42,273 nucleotides of DNA from Anaerolineales bacterium (GCA_041556275.1 JBFFIU010000002.1:1-42273); one strand, 5' to 3'. Counted from the stretch's first letter, positions 18,020-28,094 are shown. The notes: a model not told the origin generated them from the letters alone. Translations and numbers: made by a program.

Positions 18020-19546
18020 ATGAATCCAGGAACCATATTTACAGCTATTCTCGGCCTGTTCGTTGGTATCGCGATTGGATATATCATCAGGCAGCTTCTT
18101 TTTTCAAGGAAAAGGTCAAAAGACATGGAAGAGGCTGAAAATATACTCAATACTGCCAATGAAGAAGCCAGGAATATACAATTGCAAGCCAAAGACAAGG
18201 CTCTGGAAATCCGGCAATCAGCTGAGACCGAAATAGCCAAAAGGAGATCTGATCTCAATAAAGAAGAGGATCGTCTTCAAAGAAGAAGAGACGAAATAGA
18301 TGCACGGGTTGAAAAATTTGAAAAACGTGAACAATCCTTGAATAAGCGCCAAAGTGCACTCGACAGGCGAACGAATGAATTAGAGAATATGTACGCTCAA
18401 GAGCTGGAGGAATTGCAGCGGATATCGCAAATGAGTGAAGATGAAGCGCGAGAACAGTTGCTCCAAGAAGTCGAGAAAGAGGCACGTGCTGACATGGCCA
18501 GGATCATGAGGCAAATCGAAGCCGAAGCGCGGGCAGAAGGAGAAGATCGTGCCCGAAAGCTGATCGCCAGTGCAATCCAACGCGTTGCATCAGAACATGT
18601 TCAGGAAGTAACAACTTCTTTTGTCCCCTTACCGAATGACGAGATGAAAGGTCGCATCATTGGGCGTAATGGCAGGAACATACACGCCTTCGAACAAGCG
18701 GCTGGTGTGGACGTTATCGTCGATGACACTCCTGAAGCTATCACGATATCTTGTTTTGACACAGTACGGCGAGAGGTCGCAGTCCGTTCGATGGCAAAAC
18801 TTGTTCTTGACGGACGAATACATCCGGCTCATATTGAAAAAATCATAAGACGGGAACAAGAAGAGGTAGAGCGAATCATCGTGGAAGCTGGCGATCAGGC
18901 AGCTTATGATGCCGGAGTACCGGGCTTACATCCTGAGATTCTAAAAACACTGGGTCGATTAAAATTTCGCACTTCGTATGGTCAAAACCAATTAGACCAC
19001 GCTGTTGAGACCGCTCAATTAGCAGGAGTAATCGCCGCCGAATTGGATGCAGATGTTGAGATTTCAAAAGTCGGTGCCCTACTCCACGATCTCGGAAAAG
19101 CTATGGATCATAATGTTGAGGGGACTCATGCGATGATTGGCGCTGAATTTGCCAAAAGATATGGAGTATCGAAAAAAATCGCCAACATGATCGCCTCACA
19201 CCACCATGAAGTTGAACAAGAATCTGTCGAAGCCGTGATTGTCGAGGCAGCAGATGCCATTTCGGGTGCCCGTCCAGGGGCCAGACGAGAAGGTTTGGAG
19301 CAATACATCAAACGCATCCGTGCCTTAGAGGAAGTCGCCAATTCTTTCAAAGGTGTTAACCAGAGTTACGCTTTACAAGCTGGCCGTGAGATCCGCATAT
19401 TCGTACGTCCTGAGGATATCGACGATCTTGATTCAATACGTTTGGCCCGTGATATTGCGAAACAAATCGAAGATTCCATGCAATATCCAGGACAAATAAA
19501 AGTCACTGTCATTCGCGAGACCAGGGCGATAGACTACGCGAAATAG
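18020..19546 (+). CDS. rny: ribonuclease Y
   Basis: N-terminal TM helix, long coiled-coil region, KH domain (GRIIGRNGRNIHAFEQAAGVDVIVDD) and HD domain (LLHDLGKA ... ASHHH). Confidence 0.95.
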   Translation: MNPGTIFTAILGLFVGIAIGYIIRQLLFSRKRSKDMEEAENILNTANEEARNIQLQAKDKALEIRQSAETEIAKRRSDLNKEEDRLQRRRDEIDARVEKFEKREQSLNKRQSALDRRTNELENMYAQELEELQRISQMSEDEAREQLLQEVEKEARADMARIMRQIEAEARAEGEDRARKLIASAIQRVASEHVQEVTTSFVPLPNDEMKGRIIGRNGRNIHAFEQAAGVDVIVDDTPEAITISCFDTVRREVAVRSMAKLVLDGRIHPAHIEKIIRREQEEVERIIVEAGDQAAYDAGVPGLHPEILKTLGRLKFRTSYGQNQLDHAVETAQLAGVIAAELDADVEISKVGALLHDLGKAMDHNVEGTHAMIGAEFAKRYGVSKKIANMIASHHHEVEQESVEAVIVEAADAISGARPGARREGLEQYIKRIRALEEVANSFKGVNQSYALQAGREIRIFVRPEDIDDLDSIRLARDIAKQIEDSMQYPGQIKVTVIRETRAIDYAK

Positions 19547-19566
19547 CCCCAAATCATATCAAAAAA

Positions 19567-19609
19567 CCCTCCTGAATGGGGATTAATGAATTAGTTCTAT
19601 TCAGGAGGG
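19567..19609. terminator. intrinsic terminator hairpin between convergent rny and the MBL hydrolase gene
   Basis: Perfect 11-bp stem ccctcctgaat (19567-19577) / attcaggaggg (19599-19609). The A6 run at 19561-19566 gives a U-tract for the minus-strand transcript. The plus-strand side lacks a clean U-tract. Confidence 0.7.
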
Positions 19610-19631
19610 CCTAATAAATACGGATATTTTC

Positions 19632-20264
19632 TCAGCGGATGAATGGATTATAACTTCGTTCATCTCCGATCGTGGTTTCAGGACCATGACCATTAAGCAA
19701 TCGAGTGTCATCCGGCAAGGTCAACACCTGGGTGTGAATACTGTTAATCAATGTATTGAAATCGCCTCCAGGTAAGTCCGTCCGCCCTATGCTCCTTTGG
19801 AATATCACATCCCCGCAGAATAATACTTTAGCATCTTTACAATAAAACATTACATGACCACGAGTGTGACCAGGGGCATGTCGCACCTCAAGACTATTAT
19901 TTCCCAAGGATAATTTTTGATTGTGTTGGAGTTCTATGGTAGGTTCAGGGCCTGGATCAATCTTCATTCCAAAAAATGCTGCCCCACCTTGCATGCGCCA
20001 CAAAGTGTAATCCTCTGGATGCAGTGCCACCGGTGGGATGGGATTGCATGCATCAGCAATCCCAGCAGCTCCCGCAAGATGGTCAAAATGAGCATGTGTT
20101 AACCAGATACTTCCAATATGCCAATTACGTTTTTCTGCTTCCGCGACAATATGCTCCCCTGAATCAGCGGGATCGATTACCACCGCCTCCCCAGTCTCTT
20201 TATCAGCGATCAAATATGTGTTCGTTGCGACAGGACCAAGAATGAATGAAACTATTGACAGCAT
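19632..20264 (-). CDS. MBL-fold metallo-hydrolase (glyoxalase II-like)
   Basis: THAHFDHLAGA zinc motif, APGHTRGH, GRTDLPGGD. Confidence 0.85.
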   Translation of the reverse strand: MLSIVSFILGPVATNTYLIADKETGEAVVIDPADSGEHIVAEAEKRNWHIGSIWLTHAHFDHLAGAAGIADACNPIPPVALHPEDYTLWRMQGGAAFFGMKIDPGPEPTIELQHNQKLSLGNNSLEVRHAPGHTRGHVMFYCKDAKVLFCGDVIFQRSIGRTDLPGGDFNTLINSIHTQVLTLPDDTRLLNGHGPETTIGDERSYNPFIR

Positions 20265-20304
20265 ATGATTAAATATACCTTTTCTGAAGAAATTCGGAAT
20301 CCAT

Positions 20305-20958
20305 TTAAATCTCTTGATTCCGGTTGAATAATTTATTGATTATTTTACCAACCATATCCGACCAAAGGATGAATGCAAGCCCAATACCAATAATCGAGAT
20401 ACGCTTCACAATTCTTATGTTTAATCCAAGCAAGTCAATGGATTGAATTGTGACCCCCCGGATCAATACTGGTCGCCGTATATCAATACCTGATTCAAGA
20501 GGTAATAAATGGATGTACAACCATACCTCGCCGGAGAAATAATTCCTAAATTCAGGGACTATCTGCCAAATAAAATTGAGATTATCGCCTTGATTAAATG
20601 GTTGAGATATTTCCTCATATTGCAGAATTTCCAATCCTGGCATTTCAAGGCGAGCTTCGATAAGTACGTGATGAGTTTTACCGAAAATAATTGGCTTCGT
20701 GGGAACTATTTCATCATCTCGATCATTGATAAAAGAATTTATCATGTGCATTTTATCATCAGATGAGAACTCTAGTTTTACTTCTTTTACATCACCAGAG
20801 CGGATGATTGGAGTCCAAATCAATCTTTGCTGACCGATTCCCGGGATGTCAGTTAACTGATCCTGTTCTTCAAGCGGATAATAACTCCAAATCCCCAGAA
20901 TGACGGATGCGCAAAACAGTAGAATGCCAATGAAATGACGCAGCGAAATCTTTTGCAC
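20305..20958 (-). CDS. hypothetical membrane-anchored protein (N- and C-terminal TM helices)
   Basis: 217-aa ORF with a GTG start. Hydrophobic segments FIGILLFCASVILGIW and ISIIGIGLAFILW flank a ~150-aa domain. No family recognised, and the gene is visibly AT-richer than its neighbours. Confidence 0.55.
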   Translation of the reverse strand: MQKISLRHFIGILLFCASVILGIWSYYPLEEQDQLTDIPGIGQQRLIWTPIIRSGDVKEVKLEFSSDDKMHMINSFINDRDDEIVPTKPIIFGKTHHVLIEARLEMPGLEILQYEEISQPFNQGDNLNFIWQIVPEFRNYFSGEVWLYIHLLPLESGIDIRRPVLIRGVTIQSIDLLGLNIRIVKRISIIGIGLAFILWSDMVGKIINKLFNRNQEI

Positions 20959-20971
20959 GGCTGAATTATAC

Positions 20972-21000
20972 TTGACTGGGTTTAATTGAATTTATATATA
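20972..21000 (+). promoter_or_regulatory. candidate promoter of the tnaA-like gene
   Basis: TTGACT (20972-20977), 17-nt spacer, TATATA (20995-21000). A GGAGG SD lies 6 nt before ATG 21071. Confidence 0.5.
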
Positions 21001-21070
21001 AGAATTTATTCCTTGGAATCACCGATAATGCATGCTACACTAATCTCAAATTATCAATTGGAGGTTATAG

Positions 21071-22456
21071 ATGCCCGCACATCCACCTGAACCCTTCCGA
21101 ATTAAGATGGTCGAACCCATTCGCTTGATAAATCAAGAAGAGAGGCGTGCTGCTTTGATCCGCTCGGGCTACAACCTTTTTGGTCTGCAAGCTGAGGATA
21201 TATTCATTGACTTACTTACTGATTCAGGAACTGGAGCTATGAGCCAGGAACAATGGTCCGCAATAATGTTAGGTGATGAGTCGTATGCGGGTTCACGATC
21301 ATTCTCTCGACTATCCAAAGTAATCAAAGACATATTTGGTTTTCGTTATTTTGTACCAACTCATCAGGGAAGGGCTGCCGAAAACATACTTTGTGAACTC
21401 CTCCTAAAGGACAGCCAATCTGTACCTTCAAATACCCATTTCGATACGACGGATGCGAATATTCGTGCAAAAGGCGGTGTTCCAGTCAATTTGGTGAACG
21501 ATACTGCCTATGAACCGAGAACGATACATCCCTTTAAAGGCAATATTGATCTGGATAAACTAGAAAATTTCATCATAGATGAGGGAGTCGATAATATTCC
21601 CTTTGGCATGCTTACGATTACAAATAATGCTGGTGGTGGACAGCCCGTTTCTTTGGAAAATATTCGCGCTGTATCTAAAATCTATAAAAGTCACAACATC
21701 CCATTCTTCATCGATGCCTGCCGCTATGCCGAAAATGCGTATTTCATCAAAACGCGAGAACCTGGATTTGATCAAAAATCTACCCTCGAAATCGCCAGAG
21801 AAATTTTCGCATTGGCAGATGGTGCGACAATGAGTGCTAAAAAGGATGGAAATGTAAATATCGGTGGATTCCTGGCAATGAACGATGAAGAGTTGTATTT
21901 AATGGCTGGTAACGAATTAATCTTGCGGGAAGGATTTCTCACTTATGGAGGACTAGCTGGTCGAGACCTGGAGGCAATCGCTGTCGGGCTTCGAGAAGGA
22001 TTGGATGAGAAATACCTGGAATACCGTTTAGCACAAACAGCTTATCTTGCTGAAATTCTGCAAGAGCGAAATATCCCCATCATGTTGCCGCCTGGCGGTC
22101 ATGCTGTATATATCGATGCTAAGGAATTCCTACCCCATATACCTCAAGAGAACTTCCCAGCACACTCACTCGCAATTGAATTGTATCTGGAAGGGGGGAT
22201 CCGTACTGTCGAAATTGGATCTGTTATGTTTGCCTATCGCGATCCGGAGACAGAGAAGATGGTTTACCCAAATTTAGAATTAGTCAGATTAGCGATCCCC
22301 AGACGAGTATACACACAAAGCCAATTGGATTATGTCGCAGATGTACTAGCTGTTATTGATGCAAGGAAAGAAAGCGTTCACGGGTGGAAAATCACATATG
22401 CACCTGAATTGCTTCGGCACTTCACTGCCCGCTTCGAACCCAGTAACAAAGAATGA
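21071..22456 (+). CDS. tnaA: beta-eliminating lyase of the tryptophanase / tyrosine phenol-lyase family (probably tryptophanase)
   Basis: [65 protein letters not shown] (PLP lysine), LRHFTARF. The FDTT substrate-pocket segment is closer to tryptophanase than to TPL (from my memory of the E. coli and C. freundii sequences). Confidence 0.85.
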   Translation: MPAHPPEPFRIKMVEPIRLINQEERRAALIRSGYNLFGLQAEDIFIDLLTDSGTGAMSQEQWSAIMLGDESYAGSRSFSRLSKVIKDIFGFRYFVPTHQGRAAENILCELLLKDSQSVPSNTHFDTTDANIRAKGGVPVNLVNDTAYEPRTIHPFKGNIDLDKLENFIIDEGVDNIPFGMLTITNNAGGGQPVSLENIRAVSKIYKSHNIPFFIDACRYAENAYFIKTREPGFDQKSTLEIAREIFALADGATMSAKKDGNVNIGGFLAMNDEELYLMAGNELILREGFLTYGGLAGRDLEAIAVGLREGLDEKYLEYRLAQTAYLAEILQERNIPIMLPPGGHAVYIDAKEFLPHIPQENFPAHSLAIELYLEGGIRTVEIGSVMFAYRDPETEKMVYPNLELVRLAIPRRVYTQSQLDYVADVLAVIDARKESVHGWKITYAPELLRHFTARFEPSNKE

Positions 22457-22520
22457 TGATGCTCGTTGATAATGCGAAATACTTATTCCACTTAGATCTC
22501 AGGAAGGTAAGATATATTTA

Positions 22521-22835
22521 ATGGGTAATTCAAATAGCGAAAAGCTAAGCCAAATATGTGCCTGGTGTACGCAAGAAATTCTTGAAGATGATGATGTTTT
22601 TGGCTTTGGAGCGAAAGCCAGCCACGGAATTGATCTGACTGGCAAAGAAGGTGAGTTCGTCTCGTTAAATTTAGCATTGCGTGATAAGGTGGTGTTTGCT
22701 CTGATTCCAGCTGAATCCAGTGCCCCCAAAGCTGAAGGATATGATATGGTTTTTATCACCTGCAGTGAGGATTGTGCTCAATTTTTGAAAGACGCGCTAG
22801 AACTCGAGCGAGATGTTTTTGAAAATGATTCATAA
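22521..22835 (+). CDS. hypothetical acidic Cys4 mini-protein
   Basis: 104 aa with CAWC near the N-terminus and CSEDC near the C-terminus. AGGAAGG lies upstream of the ATG. No family recognised. Confidence 0.5.
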   Translation: MGNSNSEKLSQICAWCTQEILEDDDVFGFGAKASHGIDLTGKEGEFVSLNLALRDKVVFALIPAESSAPKAEGYDMVFITCSEDCAQFLKDALELERDVFENDS

Positions 22836-22865
22836 TTCTTTCTCGATCCAAATATCTTAGTAAAC

Positions 22866-23327
22866 ATGATGAGTGAGGATCATCCTTTGCGACCTGAACG
22901 CCCTTTAGGCGTGTCTTTATTGACGATCTGGGATGGAATCGCCATTGGCATACTCCCGGTATTTAGAGAGGGTATCACCTTAGCAACTTCATCTAGCAAT
23001 GGAGATATTTCAATAATTTCTTTATGCTTGGCAATAGGCTTACCCATCGCAATCGTAACTGCAGCAATCAGCACTTTCAAGGGGAATGATCGAGCTAGAT
23101 TAGGCTTATTAATCCTGCTTGCGATTTACTTCAGTTTGAACATATTCCAGAATATCACTTTGCTAATTGCTGGAAATCTGACGCCCGAAGAACAGGTGAC
23201 AAACCTGGGCGGTATTTTTGTTTCAATTATTTCTTTATTCATTAACGTTTGGTACTTCTTACGACCCAGTACGATCGCGTACTTCCGGCGCCCTACTCAA
23301 ACACAACAACATCGAGAAACATTCTAA
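22866..23327 (+). CDS. hypothetical small membrane protein (about 4 TM helices)
   Basis: 153 aa with four hydrophobic stretches. Starts 30 nt after the preceding ORF, with no clear SD. No family recognised. Confidence 0.5.
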   Translation: MMSEDHPLRPERPLGVSLLTIWDGIAIGILPVFREGITLATSSSNGDISIISLCLAIGLPIAIVTAAISTFKGNDRARLGLLILLAIYFSLNIFQNITLLIAGNLTPEEQVTNLGGIFVSIISLFINVWYFLRPSTIAYFRRPTQTQQHRETF

Positions 23328-24787
23328 CTATCCTGATGATCTTTAATTGTATTCCACAATTCATTCAACTCTTCATAGGTCAGATCAGAAACATTTCGTC
23401 CCTGGGATAGGATTGTTGATTCTAAGGTTTCAAATCGGACGCGAAAGCGGTTATTTGCTGACCGCAATGCACTTTCGGCATCGATATTCAACCAGCGCGC
23501 CAGATTAACAACAGTGAACAAAAGATCACCAATCTCATCTTCACTCTCATCTGGTGAAGCTGCCTGGGATACTTCTGATATTTCCTCCCTGATTTTTTCG
23601 ACCACTCCCTGGATATTTAGCCAGTCAAAACCAACTCTGCTGACACGCTCCTGATAAGAAAGGGCTTGCACCAACGCAGGTAAGGTGGGACTTACCCCAT
23701 CGAGAACTCCAGACTTTTCCTTCCCTGTATCAATTCTCTCTGCAGATTTTAGTTTCTCCCAATTCTGCAGAACGACCTGTTTATCCTTTACATCCAAATC
23801 ACCAAAAACATGTGGGTGTCGGCGTACTAATTTCTCATGAATAGTACGCAAAACGTTTACCATTGAAAACTCCCCATATTCGTTTGCGATCTGGGAATGA
23901 AGAACTACCTGCAGAAGCAGGTCGCCAAGTTCTTCTCGTAATGAGTCTGAATCCTCTGAGTCTAGGGCTGTAAGAACTTCATAGGTTTCTTCCAACAAAT
24001 ATGGGCGTAAAGAAAGGTGGGTTTGTTCTCGGTCCCAGGGACATCCTTCGGGGGCACGCAAATGTGCAACAAGTTCTTGAAACGCTTCAAAAGATGAATG
24101 GCTATCCAATGGTGGAAGATATAACGCAGTTAACAATCCGATATTCTGGCTGCGATCGATCTCGTATAAAGGCAGGGCCTCTACGATGGCGTCAGGAGTT
24201 CCAGCACCGTGGATTAATTTAACTTCGTGGTCATCAGGATAGACAGCCATCAGAGTCAATTTCACATCCGAGGCAACTATAGGAGAATGGATTTGGGCAA
24301 TTATTGCTGGGGCACTTGGCGGGAATGAGGGGTGATGCGCAACCGCCAGTTCTAATGCATCGATTAAAATGGTTTGCGGGAACGGGTCAACCCGCAGAAG
24401 CCCATGCAAGGATTCAATGAAGCTGAGACCTTCAATAACTTTCACTGGAAGATCCTCTTCTTGCGCCCGCCGGATTATTGCAGGCGAGGTAGCCTCAGCG
24501 ACAAATGGATGCCCAGGAACTCCATAAACAACACCGGATTCTCTTTGTCCTAGAGTGATGATTTTGTCAACAATTCGTTCATATACTTCTTCGAATGAAA
24601 CCCCTTCTTCATATAAATGATCAAATGAAAAAATCCGCAAATCTATAGGGAACCCAGCGACCACCGGGTGTTTGCGAGTGCGTAAATATATCTCAGGAAT
24701 ATTTTTCAACAATTCATCTGCTTGACGCGTCAATAAGGACGGATCGCCAGGACCTAAACCAATGATCGTGATGCCTCGATTATTCAT
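23324..24787 (-). CDS. mazG: YabN-type fusion: tetrapyrrole-methylase-like domain plus MazG nucleoside triphosphate pyrophosphohydrolase
   Basis: N-terminal ITIIGLGPGDPSLLT (SAM-methylase-like fold). The C-terminal half carries tandem MazG motifs: EETYEVLTALD...ELGDLLLQV and EEISEV...EIGDLLFTVVNLARW. Confidence 0.85.
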   Translation of the reverse strand: MNNRGITIIGLGPGDPSLLTRQADELLKNIPEIYLRTRKHPVVAGFPIDLRIFSFDHLYEEGVSFEEVYERIVDKIITLGQRESGVVYGVPGHPFVAEATSPAIIRRAQEEDLPVKVIEGLSFIESLHGLLRVDPFPQTILIDALELAVAHHPSFPPSAPAIIAQIHSPIVASDVKLTLMAVYPDDHEVKLIHGAGTPDAIVEALPLYEIDRSQNIGLLTALYLPPLDSHSSFEAFQELVAHLRAPEGCPWDREQTHLSLRPYLLEETYEVLTALDSEDSDSLREELGDLLLQVVLHSQIANEYGEFSMVNVLRTIHEKLVRRHPHVFGDLDVKDKQVVLQNWEKLKSAERIDTGKEKSGVLDGVSPTLPALVQALSYQERVSRVGFDWLNIQGVVEKIREEISEVSQAASPDESEDEIGDLLFTVVNLARWLNIDAESALRSANNRFRVRFETLESTILSQGRNVSDLTYEELNELWNTIKDHQDS

Positions 24788-24871
24788 GGTTATACGAAAT
24801 CCTCATAAATATTGGTGTGGAAACTGGTTGCTTTTGAACTCAACATCAGCGGTTCCCAAAATTCTTTAAAT

Positions 24872-24923
24872 CAAAAATGCGTGAAGGTGAATTGCGCGAT
24901 CTCACGCGTAACCTAGCACGCAT
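24872..24923 (-). terminator. candidate terminator after rpsI
   Basis: The minus strand reads AUGCGUG...(inner CGCG-UGAGAU-CGCG)...CACGCAU followed by UUUUGAUUU, about 25 nt after the rpsI stop. Confidence 0.4.
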
Positions 24924-24946
24924 TCTATAAGGGAATTCTCAAAAAT

Positions 24947-25342
24947 TTACCGTTTTGTATATGTCGGTGCTTTCCGTGCTCGCTTTAAACCCGGTTTCTT
25001 GCGTTCTTTTTCGCGGGGATCACGGGTTAATAAACCTGCTTGACGTAGCGGTGGCCGAAAATCGGGACTCATTTTGAGCAATGCGCGCGCTAATCCCAAC
25101 TTTACCGCATCAGATTGCCCGGTAACTCCACCGCCTTTGACCAATACAGTAACATCTAGCTGGCTCGGGCTTTCTCCCGTAGTTTCCAAAGGGGTTAAGA
25201 TATTCTCTTTATCACCCAAGCGAGGAAAATAATCTTCCAGCGTTTTTCCATTGATGGTAAAGTTTCCCGCACCACTCATAATTCTTACTCTGGCGGTACT
25301 CTCTTTGCGGCGACCAATACCTTCGTAATACTGAACTGCCAT
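24947..25342 (-). CDS. rpsI: 30S ribosomal protein S9
   Basis: MAVQYYEGIGRRKESTARV ... C-terminal KKPGLKRARKAPTYTKR. Confidence 0.97.
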   Translation of the reverse strand: MAVQYYEGIGRRKESTARVRIMSGAGNFTINGKTLEDYFPRLGDKENILTPLETTGESPSQLDVTVLVKGGGVTGQSDAVKLGLARALLKMSPDFRPPLRQAGLLTRDPREKERKKPGLKRARKAPTYTKR

Positions 25343-25355
25343 AATAACTCCTTAA

Positions 25356-25799
25356 TTACTCTACTGGTTTAGGCTGCTGGGAATCATGAGGGTGTTCTGG
25401 ACCTGCATAAACCTTAAGCTTCTTGATCAGTTTGCGACCGAGTCGATGATGAGGCAACATACCCCATACAGCTTGCCGGATCACACGCTCAGGGTGTTGT
25501 ACCAATTGATCCTTTAATTTGATCTGCTTCAGCCCTCCTGGATATCCAGTATGCCGATAATAAACTTTATCCTCAAGTTTATTCCCTGTGACAGTTATTC
25601 TTTCCGCATTGACTACAATGACATAATCGCCTGTGTCTACTCCGGGAGTATAGGTTGGTTTATTCTTACCTAACAGGATATTAGCAATCTGGGTAGCCAG
25701 ACGGCCAAGATTCTGACCGTTCGCATCAATCAAGATCCAATCTTGGGTTATATCGCCTGCTTTTGGTACATACGTTTTTTGCACAATCAATTTCTCCAC
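25356..25799 (-). CDS. rplM: 50S ribosomal protein L13
   Basis: [20 protein letters not shown]...[14 protein letters not shown]. The track start is GTG 25799. The in-frame GTG at 25787, preceded by GGAG, would give the more typical N-terminus. Confidence 0.95.
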   Translation of the reverse strand: MEKLIVQKTYVPKAGDITQDWILIDANGQNLGRLATQIANILLGKNKPTYTPGVDTGDYVIVVNAERITVTGNKLEDKVYYRHTGYPGGLKQIKLKDQLVQHPERVIRQAVWGMLPHHRLGRKLIKKLKVYAGPEHPHDSQQPKPVE

Positions 25800-25862
25800 A
25801 ACAGAATAATCAATTTTTTTTTATTTTTTCTACAAGACGCACTTTTTCCTACAATACAATCC

Positions 25863-26609
25863 CTATTCACCTGGAGGATAAATAACCTCAACGAGGGACA
25901 AACCGTTGGCTGGTGCAAGTCCTTGGACAAGATTTTCCAGCGTGTTGTTCAGCAAGTCGTGTGCAGATTTAAGTTCTTTCTTTCCTTGACCTACCTCTAT
26001 CTGGAATATGACCAACCGGCGAACCATACGATACAAGAACGCATTTCCAACTATTTCGTAAACCAATTCCTGCCTCTCTCGTCTCCATGTGGAAGCCATC
26101 ACCTCTCGAAAGGTACTGCCGCCTGATTGATGAGGAGCTCCAAACGATGAAAAGTTGTGTGTTCCAACAAAGTAAGAGGCGACTTGATTGAGAGCATCGA
26201 TTGAAACCGGCGGCCACACACGCCATGCATACCGCTCTTGCAAAGGATTCCGGACTTGATCGCAAAACAATCTATATCTGTAGCGGCGAGCGACAGCAGA
26301 GCGCCGTGCATGAAAATCAGCTTCAACTTGTTCGACTGATTTGGCTGCAATGTCAGCTGGCAGCTGGCTGTTGATGGCATTCCTCAACTCAAGCGCGGAA
26401 TGGTTCCAATCGAAATCGAATGAAACCACCTGACCTGAGGCATGTACACCAGCATCTGTTCTCCCGGCTCCCATTATTGCCTTACCACGCCAACCAAGTG
26501 ATTTCAGGGCATTTTCAACTGAACCCTGAATTGTGCGACCATTTGCTTGACGCTGAAAGCCTAGAAACTCCGTGCCATCATAGGCTAAGATAACTTTGTA
26601 ACGTGCCAT
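25863..26609 (-). CDS. truA: tRNA pseudouridine(38-40) synthase TruA
   Basis: MARYKVILAYDGTEFLGFQRQ, GAGRTDAGVHASGQV (catalytic Asp), FLYRMVR. Confidence 0.95.
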   Translation of the reverse strand: MARYKVILAYDGTEFLGFQRQANGRTIQGSVENALKSLGWRGKAIMGAGRTDAGVHASGQVVSFDFDWNHSALELRNAINSQLPADIAAKSVEQVEADFHARRSAVARRYRYRLFCDQVRNPLQERYAWRVWPPVSIDALNQVASYFVGTHNFSSFGAPHQSGGSTFREVMASTWRRERQELVYEIVGNAFLYRMVRRLVIFQIEVGQGKKELKSAHDLLNNTLENLVQGLAPANGLSLVEVIYPPGE

Positions 26610-26674
26610 TCAATTATCGTGGAAGACTACTACAGGATGCCATTTCCACAATCATTTGCTTCGATTAATTCTCG

Positions 26675-27052
26675 TTATTCTTCAATCAGTTCAATCAACA
26701 CCATCTCAGCGGAATCGCCAGCCCTTGGCCCTAGTTTCAGCATTCGCGTATAGCCTCCAGGACGATCTTCATAGCGGGGGGCAATATCATCAAATAATTT
26801 CTTTACCATCTCCGGGTCTCCCATGCGCGCCGCAGCTAACCTACGAGCATGAACCATTTGAGCATCCCCTGCTGAATTTCCACGCTTCGCCAATGTGATT
26901 AATTTTTCCGCTTGACCACGAATAAATTCTGCCTTAGCACGGGTTGTATGGATCCGCTCATGGGTGAATAATTGGTTGATCATGATCCGCCGTAATGCTT
27001 TTCTCTGATCCTTCCCGCGGCTTAATCTTTTTCCAGCTTTTTTATGTCGCAT
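26675..27052 (-). CDS. rplQ: 50S ribosomal protein L17
   Basis: MRHKKAGKRLSRGKDQRKALRRIMINQLFTHERIHTT. Confidence 0.97.
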   Translation of the reverse strand: MRHKKAGKRLSRGKDQRKALRRIMINQLFTHERIHTTRAKAEFIRGQAEKLITLAKRGNSAGDAQMVHARRLAAARMGDPEMVKKLFDDIAPRYEDRPGGYTRMLKLGPRAGDSAEMVLIELIEE

Positions 27053-27059
27053 TTTCTAC

Positions 27060-28031
27060 TTACTCCGCCTCGTTTTCATCTTCCTCTTCGAGGTAACCCT
27101 TCTCGCTCATCTTTGCCCTCAGCTCATCTAAGCTCTTTTCGCCAAAATTACGGATAGACATCACGGCTTCATCACCCTTCTCAAGCAACTCAAGTACCTC
27201 ACCTACTGTGGTGATTCCGGTCCGTTTCAGCGAATTGAATACTCGAACAGAGAGGTCAAGGTTTTCAATTGGCGTTTCGATCATCTCACTGGTGAGCCTG
27301 CTGCTCTCTTCTTCTTCCTGAGCAATAACAGCCAAAGACTCTTCACTTACTCCCGCCAAATGACGAAGATGTTCAATCATGACTTTGGCACTGGTGCTTA
27401 AAGCTTCTTCAGGGCCAATCGTTCCGTCGGTCCATATCTCCATCATGAGTTTATCGTAGTTTGTACTTTGCCCAACTCGCGCGTACCCGGCTTCCCAATT
27501 CACTCGCTGAACGGGACTGAAAATCGCGTCGACAGGCAATTCCCCAATTGGCAGACGACCGCCGCGCTCATCCGCAGGAGAATAGCCTCTGCCTCTTTCA
27601 GCGGTCATTTCGATCTCCAAACTTGCTTTATTGTCATCCACTGTAAACAAATATAGATCAGGATTAACAATCTCCAATTCGGGTGGGGCAATGATATCCG
27701 CCGCGGTAACTACTCCTGCGCCTTGTACTTCTAAGTGCAAGCGAGCTGTATCAACATCATACATTTTCATCCGCAATTGTTTAATTTGCAACATAACACG
27801 AATTACATCTTCACGCACGCCTGGAATTTCGCTGAACTCATGCTGCACATCAGCAATCCGGATCGAGGTGACAGCCGCGCCTTCAAGTGAGGAAAGCAAC
27901 ACTCGTCTCAGGGCATTTCCCATAGTAATTCCATATCCACGTTCAAGCGGGCTGATAATAAACTTGCCGTAATTACGAGCTTCAGCTTCTCGCTCGATTT
28001 TCGGCGTTACCATATTTGTTAAACCTATCAC
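27060..28031 (-). CDS. rpoA: DNA-directed RNA polymerase subunit alpha
   Basis: FIISPLERGYGITMGNALRRVLLSSLEGAAVT, C-terminal domain LDLSVRVFNSLKRTGITTVGEL. GTG start at 28031; the alternative is ATG 28013. Confidence 0.96.
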   Translation of the reverse strand: MIGLTNMVTPKIEREAEARNYGKFIISPLERGYGITMGNALRRVLLSSLEGAAVTSIRIADVQHEFSEIPGVREDVIRVMLQIKQLRMKMYDVDTARLHLEVQGAGVVTAADIIAPPELEIVNPDLYLFTVDDNKASLEIEMTAERGRGYSPADERGGRLPIGELPVDAIFSPVQRVNWEAGYARVGQSTNYDKLMMEIWTDGTIGPEEALSTSAKVMIEHLRHLAGVSEESLAVIAQEEEESSRLTSEMIETPIENLDLSVRVFNSLKRTGITTVGEVLELLEKGDEAVMSIRNFGEKSLDELRAKMSEKGYLEEEDENEAE

Positions 28032-28094
28032 CGTTCACCTCATTTTGAAACTCAAACATTCTCTCATCAATATGATGAGAGAAAGGGAATACAC

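Noticed and set aside
17896-18258. 120-aa minus-strand ORF spanning the recX end and the rny start
   Set aside because: It is antisense to two well-supported genes, and its low-complexity Ser/Leu-rich translation is typical of a shadow ORF.
21028-21090. 20-codon upstream ORF ([20 protein letters not shown]) overlapping the tnaA start, considered as a TnaC-like leader peptide
   Set aside because: It has no SD, lacks the Trp residue that is essential in TnaC-type sensing, and has no downstream Rho/terminator-like spacer because it overlaps the tnaA start.
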